Shown here in pieces: positions 55,810-64,000 of a stretch of DNA of 64,000 nt (its first letter is position 1; each line of letters starts with the position of its first letter). The DNA lies in assembly GCA_051362555.1 (NCBI GenBank), contig CM120649.1:1612001-1676000 (forward strand), written 5' to 3'. The notes under the pieces are model-generated. The model was not told the DNA's origin. It worked only from the letters and a program-made list of their open reading frames with translations, and did not search any database. The stretch comes from Lingula anatina (Eukaryota > Animalia > Brachiopoda). A program made the translations under genes and the position numbers.

Positions 55810-57050
55810 ATTGATTTGAAATTTATTGACATTGTACTGGCGTCCTAATGGACGCTTGTCGATCCTGCAGGTATGTTCTCCAACATAAATGGATTATATC
55901 CATTTCTGCTAAACGAAAAACAGCTGGTATTTACAGAACCTGCGAATGAGTTGCAAAAATGGTTTTAACAATATTTGGTTATAAGATGAACACACTCTTG
56001 ACTTAATGGGTCCCCATATGTGTCACGATTATCACAAAGTACACTGTGACACTGGCAATCAATTCTTATGGTTTTAAAATGTAGTTGTCTCAATGAAACA
56101 AATGTATGTGACCACGGTCAAGGAATAGATATCCTTCCTTTTTGTCCTGTGTCAGAACTTGGTCCAAAAGCACCAAAACCAGTTTTATTGCTATGGTTAC
56201 ATAGCTAATTTTTGGCCAATATTGTGAAAATCTTACAATTGTTAGGTTTCGAAGCCTAATTAAAGACATTAAACCAAGTAGTTTATTTTAGAAAGCCGAT
56301 TCAGATAAACCGTAGTTTTAACTTTTTGTGGTACTTTTTGCATTATTAGATGTTTGATGTCTCATTTGTCGCTTGTATGCGAAGTGTTGTTAAAATTAAC
56401 ATTTTGACCAATTCTTTGAATTCATTCCAATGATTTGAAATTAAATGACATTCTACGGGCGTGCTAATGGACGCTCGTCGATCCTGCAGATATGTTTTCC
56501 GAGAAAAATGGATTATACTCATTTCTGCTAAACATAAAACAACGGGTATTTACAGAACCTGCGAATGAGTTGCAAAGTTGGTTTTAACAATATTTGGTTA
56601 TTAAGATGAACACAGTCTTGACTTGATGGGTCCCCATATGAGTCACGATTATCACAAAGTACACTGTGACACTGGCGATGCATTCTAATAGTTTTAAAAG
56701 GGCAGTTATCTGTAAGAAACAAATAGATGTGGCTAAGGTAAAGGAAAAGATATTCATACTTTTTGTCCTGTAGCAGACCTTGGTCCAAAAGCACCAATAA
56801 AAAAAGAAGCTTTATTTACACCCAAGAATGCTTGTTGCTATAGTTACAGGCAGAACCTGATTTTTGGCCAATTTATTTTTAAATCGGGAGAGTTGAAAAC
56901 CTTGTAATTGGTAGGTATTGAAGCCTTACTCTTAAAACATTAAACCAAATACATTATTTTCAAAATCTGATTCATATAGAACGTAGTTTTAACTTTTTTG
57001 CCGTACTTTCAGAATTTTTAATTAAATGATCGAAATGTTGTTAAAGTTAA
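55810..57050. repeat. Local ~600-bp tandem duplication within the B-C spacer
   Basis: ~55810-56410 and ~56430-57050 are homologous to each other and to ~44470-45070. Confidence 0.8.
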
Positions 57051-57419
57051 CATTTTTTTTTTATTTCTGAAAGAGTTCCAGAAGTGGTGCTTTGTAAAGT
57101 TTTAGATTCCTAATACGTGGATCAAAATAAGATTTGATTATTCATAGCAAGAAGAGCAAATCCTCTATCGTTTTATCAACTATGTTCATTTATCCATTTA
57201 GGAGGCCAGATTGAAATTTCTCAATATTTCCAATTTTCGTATATATTTTATAGTGCCTGACTCAAATCAATTTAAAAATTTAATATGTTATTGGTCATGA
57301 GGGTAGTTTTGAGGAGGTTGATGTTTTAAATTTGTAAAAATGGTGTGAAATATTGGTATCTTCACAGGTACTTTGTATTTTGACAACCATATGTCTTGTT
57401 ATTTTTGGTATCTGGAAAA

Positions 57420-57948
57420 ATAAATAATAATAATATTTATTTATAGTCTTAACTCCAACATATGTTCAATAGACTTTACAGAATATATAAAATTCACAAT
57501 TAAAAGAAAAAAAGATACTAATGGTCATAAAATGAAAGAAGGAAAATGATAGAAGAAAAATTGTTTAAGTTATAAAATAGATATATAAAATGGTTTAGAG
57601 GTGAAAATTAAAACTATGAACTAAGAAACAATTCTTACAAGAATTCAAAAATAATATTGCATAAAAAGGTAGGTTTTAAGTTCCTTTTTAAAATGTCCAG
57701 GGTCTACAATTTGTCTATGGTTGATGGGTAAATTATTCCATTCTCTAGGTGCTGTAATTTTAAAAGCCTTGTCACCGTATGACACCATGCAATCTTGCCT
57801 TACACGCCTTAAAAAGAAGGTACTCACCTGATCTAAGATTTCTTGCTGATGTATAATGTGAAACAAGCTCATTTGAATAAAAGGGTGCAAGTTAATAAAA
57901 TGCTGCATGTGCAAACGTTAAAAGTGCAACTTCATTAAAACAGGGGCG

Positions 57949-57950
<2 letters not shown>
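57420..57950 (-). mobile_element. 3' fragment of an L2/CR1-clade LINE
   Basis: IAPVLMKLH remnant and YGDKAFKITAPREWNNLP...FKKELKTYLF (typical L2 ORF2 C-terminus), followed by a simple-repeat tail. Confidence 0.85.
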
Positions 57951-58007
<57 letters not shown>

Positions 58008-59469
58008 TTTTATTTATTTTTTATTTTTTTAGTGCTGTCAGTAGGAGAACAGATATGCTCTGTACATGAGCACTATCTAAAACAGTTTACAATTGTACGG
58101 TCATCAATTATTATTATATAATTATGTTTTAACTTTATTTCCATTTATTATAGAGACAAACGCTTCACAAATAGCAGTGTCATAGCATTATTTTTACTTC
58201 AGCTTATTCATTTCCTTATGAAGGGGGGCATCCTTCTTTCAGTTTTCATTGGATTATTAATGAAAGTTTATTTATTTATTTACCTATTTATTGACCTATT
58301 TATTGTTTGTTTGTTTGTTGCTTGCAAATATAGCAATCAAGTATTTGCGATGTCAATGAATTCCACTTCCTTTCTTGACATCTTTGCAATCACAACGCAA
58401 TATTTACGTAGACGGAAGTATAATTATAGCTTCAAACTAGACAAAAGTTGAGTCGTGCCATAAAATGAAAAAGACATTGCACAATTACACATAATGTAGT
58501 TATATTTGATTGTGTAGCTAATCAATATATTACAGGTACTTTCATTCTTGGGATATCAAAATTACAAATATTGACATTTTATGCGTTTGACACCACTAAA
58601 ATTCCAAAATCATATTATTTGTAATATATCTATGTTGTTACATATTTTATAATCCCACCATTCAATGCGCGATGCTTGTTATCATGAGACTGATGCTATT
58701 GCTGATACATTGATGAGTAGTACTCAGCCTCATAAGATAAAACACGCTGAGGGGGATAACGGTGTAACTGAATGCTGAGTGAGGTTTAGCTTCAATTTTG
58801 TGTAAAAAGTGAAAAGGTAAATCTTATTATTATTATCGATATACTGCACAGATCAATTGACTTAGCTATTTTTTTAAATGTTTAATGTTGAAAAATGTTA
58901 TGCATAATATGATAAAACATGATTTTATAAAATGTGCATCAGTGTATTTTTTGTCTTTTTCTTCTTCTTATTATTACTATTATTAAATAGTATTCCATGA
59001 ACAAAGTATTCTTCACGTGAAAATTTACAGCAAACAAAAAGATTCTGATCGAAAAGCCTTGAGATCCCACGGCAGAGTTTAAGTTTCATCTTTTCTGTCG
59101 GATTTACAGAATGATACCATATCTTATATAAGCTACCAAGCTGAGCAATATGTTATCGTGACCAGCACTTGATGCCATCTTAAATTACATTGGACGCTCT
59201 GTAAAAATGATGAATCACGCACACGCACAGTTAACTGCAACGATGTTGCCATGAGCATTCGGTTGCAAATTGCAATGCACCTGAAAAAAGATAATATATT
59301 GTCATATCGCATTGTTTACGTGCCTCGTAATCTGTGATATTTTCAAGAAAGCAAGCCCGATTTAGTTTAAAGATTGTCACCTGTATGATGATGTTGAAAT
59401 CTGAATATCTTATTCTATTCCAGCATAGAAGTGCTATAAAAGAGTACTATATCGAACATCAACCAATCA

Positions 59470-62400
59470 ATGATGGGATTGTTGTTCTGCCCGAGTCTTG
59501 TACTGGCCTTGATAGCGTGCGTCTTTCTCAGTCAAACTCATCTGAGTCTAACATGTAAGTGTATAGATACCAGCTTGACATCCAAGCCCTTACGGAACTT
59601 TCCTATAGGATCCTATAGGGCACCTTCCCATAAGATTTCCTATAGGATATTATAAGATTTCCTTATAGGGTTCTATAAGATTTCCTATAGGATCCTATAG
59701 GAAAATGGGACAATTTCCTATAGGAAATTATATAGGAAATCTTATAGGAAATCCTATAGGAAATCCTAAATTTTCGTAAGAGAGTTCATGTACAGTAGCA
59801 TGTTTGCAATTCTGAGATACAATGTCAATTTTCGTTTCAGCATTTTGGTCTCAACATTGCTTGTTTGCAACAATCATATGCCTGTTTTTATGGATCTTTT
59901 CAATTCTAAGTCATTCCCACCTTCCTGCGGAGAATGCAATCCAAGCTGCGGTATATCCGCCTCTTGTAGTTAAGAATCCACAATAACCATCACTGCCATA
60001 TGACTAGGTATTTTCCTTACTTCAATCTTAATATACTGAGTGCTAAGCGAGGAGACAGCCGATATTATTATTATAATGGCCTTTGGTATGACCAGGCCAT
60101 GGTGTGGACACTTTATACCTGTAAATCATTTAGACGTGGTCCAGGCGTTCAAGGCGTTATAGTGTAAAAACGATAAGATATGCATGATTTATCTATTCAA
60201 ATTGTTTGAATTTCAAAAAGTAATTAAACTATATGTGTGAAATATTAGAGCATGCCTGATATTTAAATTGCCTTATAACATCTATTTTCAGTCGGATGCG
60301 AGTCTAACAGTTGCTATAATGGTGGGTTTTGTGATGATAAACCTGACGATCCGTCTGGCTTTCATTGCATTTGCTTTGATAAGCATTTCGGAGAGAGATG
60401 CGAATTGCGTAAGCAATGCCCTTGTGACGTTTACTAGCCTCCTTTGTCGATAACAGGGAGTAGTTATGTATAGCAAAATATTAGAAAACAAGTTTACTTT
60501 TGCAACGATTGATGGCAACATATATGTTTCATTTAATATCATTTATCCATTATCAGTGTGTCTTTTAACAGGTGGACATTTTGTACAAAATGAATTCCAT
60601 AAATATCAGTTACCCTGATTAGTAACCTGTGCAATGCTTAAAATATAAAAACTGAAATATCTAAACTGAAATAGCATGCGTAGCATTTTATAAACCTTAA
60701 TTGTAATATCCTCATTTCAGGTAATTGCAAATGGGGTTACTGCTTCAATGGTGCAACGTGTGCAACAAATACTACAAATTCGAAACAGTTGTGTATTTGT
60801 CCCGAGGGTTGTAATGGAAAAATGTGCGAAATAGGTAAACCGTGCCTTTCTAATACTGCATGCATTCTGTATCTGAGTATTTAAGGATAACAATTAATAG
60901 CACTAAGTTGTGAAGCATGCAGCAAAAGAAATTACAAAACAAATTTACCAGCGCAAAATTGATGCCAGAAGATAGTAACAAGAACCAGTAATAGTAACTT
61001 CTATAGACTGATATTAAGCCATATGGCTCTAGATCTCTGTTTGTTAATTACAATACAACTAACATATTCAGGTGATAAGGTGGACGTTATGAAAATGCGT
61101 CATGAAATGACGTCCATTAAGGTGGTTTAAAAGTTTAATTTTTTATTTTTGCAGGCAAGTGTCAACGTACATTTTTTTATTTGTTTTCAGCACAATGTGG
61201 GGAAAACGCCCACTGCCAATACAAGCCGCATAAAATTCCATTGCCTGGGAAAAATGACAGCTGCAATGCATCAAATCATGAAGGTTGTGTTTGCAACGAG
61301 GGTTACAGCGGGGATGGAATCAACTGCACTAGTAAGTCTTAGGCCGTATTCAGAACAGTGGACTAACAAGTATGCCGGTCAAATGTGGCCGACCCACTTA
61401 AATATTTCCCCTTAATCTACTCAGTGTCTATTAGTGGATTGGACGGTCGCGTTATTTGACGCCTAGGCTATAGTTAGTCGACTCTTCTGATTGAATAGTT
61501 ATTTTGGTATAGCAGAAGTTAGCTGAAATCATAACCTGGCAACCGTTTCACAAAAAAACTTAAGTCGGTTTCCCTGACTAAGAGCTTGGTTACCAACGTA
61601 ATTAAGTCGTTACGGCACTAAGTCCCGTTTCACAAAGAATCTAAAAGGTCGCTTACGTCGTTTTTTTCTTAGCTGCTAGTCGACGATGTCTAGCCTCCTC
61701 GGGAGGAGCCTTAAGTCGGCAAGCTCAACTAAAACTCGGTAAATGAGAGCATAAACAACAAAAAATTGGAAAGAACATACCTCCTTCACGATATTGTGTT
61801 ATGATATCCTTGAATAGCACTGAAATTTATGGAATATTGAAATTAAAAATAAAATGCCACTTCACCCAGCCGATGGCGTGTTTGTTTATGTTTTTGACCA
61901 CTAGACATCCTTCAGCAGTGTTCCACGACAAGCTAATGTTTAACTGATTAGTAAAACTAATCAATAAAGTTCAAAAACAAACTTTGTTTGTGTTTTGGCT
62001 GATTTTTATTGTTGATAAACGATCGTTCTCGGCCGAGAGAGGCCATAAAATGTCATGTCTTGTGAAACTTTTGAAATTTTAAACCTCCTTTTCTTGAAGA
62101 GTTTCTCGTGCGCGTCGACTACGGTAAGCACACCAAGCTACGACTTTAGATTCTTTGTGAAACACTCCTAGTAGACTGCAGCGTAGTCGACCCAGCTAGG
62201 CCATTCAGTTCGAGCTAGTCAACTACGGATTTAATATTATTTGTGAAACGGGGGCCTGAAATAACTTAGAATCGACTCCCCCCCCTCGAGGACAGCCCAA
62301 TCTACTGTTTCACAAAAGAAAAACAAGGGCTCATGCACACCCCTAGTGATAAGTCTACCAAATTCCTAAAGTTAAATCTTTCTCACTCTAATGATCCAGG

Positions 62401-63998
62401 AAGAAAAAGCAGAAATTACGACGCAGAAAAAGGAAAAAAATACAATAATATCAATCACCCCCGGTGACAGTCCAATCCCAAGTGTTACTAAAACCCCGTA
62501 ATGCTCATGTACATGCTTGATAAAAGATATTCTAATTACCAATGTTTGAAATTTCTCAGCCTGTTAGTCTAGGAGACGAAGGAAAACACAAGGTATTACA
62601 AGAAGGATCAACCGCACCCAGGGACAGCCCAACCCCATGTTGCAGTAAATTTCTGTGCAGGGATGCCTATGCACACAATTTAAGCTGTCAAAAACACAAT
62701 GTAAATATAATTAAGAATCGCCACCCACACTGACAAATCAAATCCCAGCTGTACTAAAATCCTCATGTGCGAAACTCAGGTCTAATTATCCCCAAGGCTT
62801 AAACTTCCTCACGCTTATGGTCAAGGGGGAGTTAGCTGAAATTTCAAGTTAAAAAGAATTTGTTATCATTCAACTCCCAGGGACATGCCGCCACACAATC
62901 CACTATGAAATTCCAAAGTCACCATGCACATGATTCATTAAAAATATTAAAGTCTATCAATACCAAAATTATCTCACTCTTGTGCTACAAGAGGGGATGG
63001 CAAAAATTACAGTGTAAAAGGAATTGAGAATCAGAAGCGACGTCTTTTGTCTAAAAGGTGCGGGCATAACAAGCAATCAATTTTGTCAAGTGCAATGTTG
63101 TTTTGTCACCGATAACCATTTAACGTCATGATAAGCCTGATAAAATCACGAAATCAAATAGCCGTCTTACCTTGACCGGTGTAACAGTAATCAAAAGCCC
63201 CCTACGGACCTCGGTTCCTGGTAATGGTTGTCCGTAGGACTAACATTACTAGGGAATAATAGTCCTGCAGGGACTTAGGTTCCTGGCTCAGAATTAGAGT
63301 AGGTAGGACTTGTATTACTGTCGGACTTTCATTCCTATTTCATTCCTATGACGGTAATACAAGTCCGGCCATTTGAAAGTCCTATCTTTAGGCAATAATA
63401 CGGATAAATGAAAAAAACGGTGTTTTGACGTGGCTGGAGCAACATTGATTTTACGTTGAATTTAGGTAAATCAACGGCAATTCAACATATCTACCTGTTT
63501 TCAACGTTGATCCAACGTCACTATGCCTGCTGGGAGGGTGAATGAACACAGAAAACCAATGACTGTATATTGGCAATACCAGATCTGCCATTTCTAAACG
63601 TGTAATAAATACCAGTCACAGTACTGTCTGGAATTCAACTAAGATCCTTGAATCCAAGTCATCTGATATCCTACGTTAGATACGAGAGGTTATCAACATC
63701 AGCCGTCACCAGCCACCCATGAATAGGGTCGGGAAGGACAATCTACCTGACATTTATAAGAGGGCCGTGGCCACATATTGGTCACTGAGTATCAACATCT
63801 GCTCAAGTCATTCTGATAAAGGCCTTCATCCAGGTTGGCCGGAAGCTTCCAGTAGTTTTCTAGGCTTGTGTTTGAAAATATTCATTTACTACTTTATAAA
63901 TGTGTTTGTATATTACTGACTACGCAATGTGCTCTAGTAAAAACGGGGTCAAGGTGTCCATAAAATATATTTCTTTTCTTTCAGAATCGGCGGAATAA
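59470..63998 (+). CDS. Secreted EGF-like protein paralog C (signal peptide + 3 EGF modules), 156 aa
   Basis: Exons 59470-59554, 60292-60408 (GCESNSCYNGGFCDDKPDDPSGFHCICFDKHFGERCEL), 60721-60834 (NCKWGYCFNGATCATNTTNSKQLCICPEGCNGKMCEI), 61191-61331 (QCGENAHCQYKPHKIPLPGKNDSCNASNHEGCVCNEGYSGDGINCT) and 63985-63998 (KSAE*); all phase 1 GT-AG. Confidence 0.9.
59587..59782. mobile_element. CACTA-like MITE made of tcctatagga palindromes, in intron 1 of paralog C
   Basis: TIR cccttacgga / ttcgtaagag with 2-bp TSD ag. Empty site catccaagttcatg in paralog A (~36847) and an equivalent in B. Confidence 0.9.
61539..62255. mobile_element. PIF/Harbinger-like MITE in the last intron of paralog C
   Basis: TIR gcaaccgtttcacaaa / tttgtgaaacgggggc with 3-bp TSD ctg. 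Absent at the equivalent site in paralog B (~48120). Confidence 0.85.
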
Positions 63999-64000
63999 AC

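Larger units (their letters stand above)
34610..64000 (+). repeat. Tandem segmental duplication: three ~10-13 kb units, each a spacer plus one EGF-family gene
   Basis: Long collinear homology, e.g. 35750-36900 / 45900-46980 / 58480-59850, 40270-40700 / 51220-51650, 43100-45100 / 54450-56410 and 47050-49020 / 60470-63170. Confidence 0.93.

Noticed and set aside
59587-59782. Regularly spaced palindromic repeats resembling a CRISPR array (also the caacgttg arrays at 41130-41240)
   Set aside because: No unique spacers or cas genes; TIRs, TSDs and empty paralogous sites identify them as MITEs.
60268-60542. Hydrophobic-looking ORFs (also 33070-33345) suggesting a small membrane protein
   Set aside because: They are off-frame or antisense readings of the EGF1 exon and its pseudogene copy.
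59554-60723. Extra Cys created by joining the signal exon of C directly to EGF2 (T|GT)
   Set aside because: The intervening EGF1 exon makes the junction codons TTC and CGT; the Cys would arise only in an exon-skipped isoform.

Overview
AT-rich, intron-rich eukaryotic DNA from an invertebrate animal (a marine bilaterian is plausible, but the taxon cannot be fixed from this window). I built gene models by hand from splice sites and reading phase. The left half holds five ordinary loci: the 3' end of a probable ITM2/BRICHOS-type gene with His-rich microexons (+), FBXO45/Fsn (-, 255 aa), an unrecognised K/E-rich 353-aa gene (-), a two-domain LAMP gene (+, 468 aa) and a GDXG/HSL-family esterase (-, 320 aa, one GC-AG intron). 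The right half (about 32.1-64 kb) is a tandem segmental array, with 10-13 kb units, of small secreted EGF-module protein genes that the ORF track largely misses. Three intact paralogs carry 1, 2 and 3 EGF modules (79, 117 and 156 aa), built from symmetric phase 1-1 exons, and there is an inverted pseudogene. Signal exons and introns are conserved while inter-cysteine loops are hypervariable and mostly non-synonymous, and the terminal module has an atypical cysteine framework. This toxin/effector-like family is the best candidate for a new system. Many MITEs and two LINE fragments are present; several can be placed using empty sites in the paralogous units.
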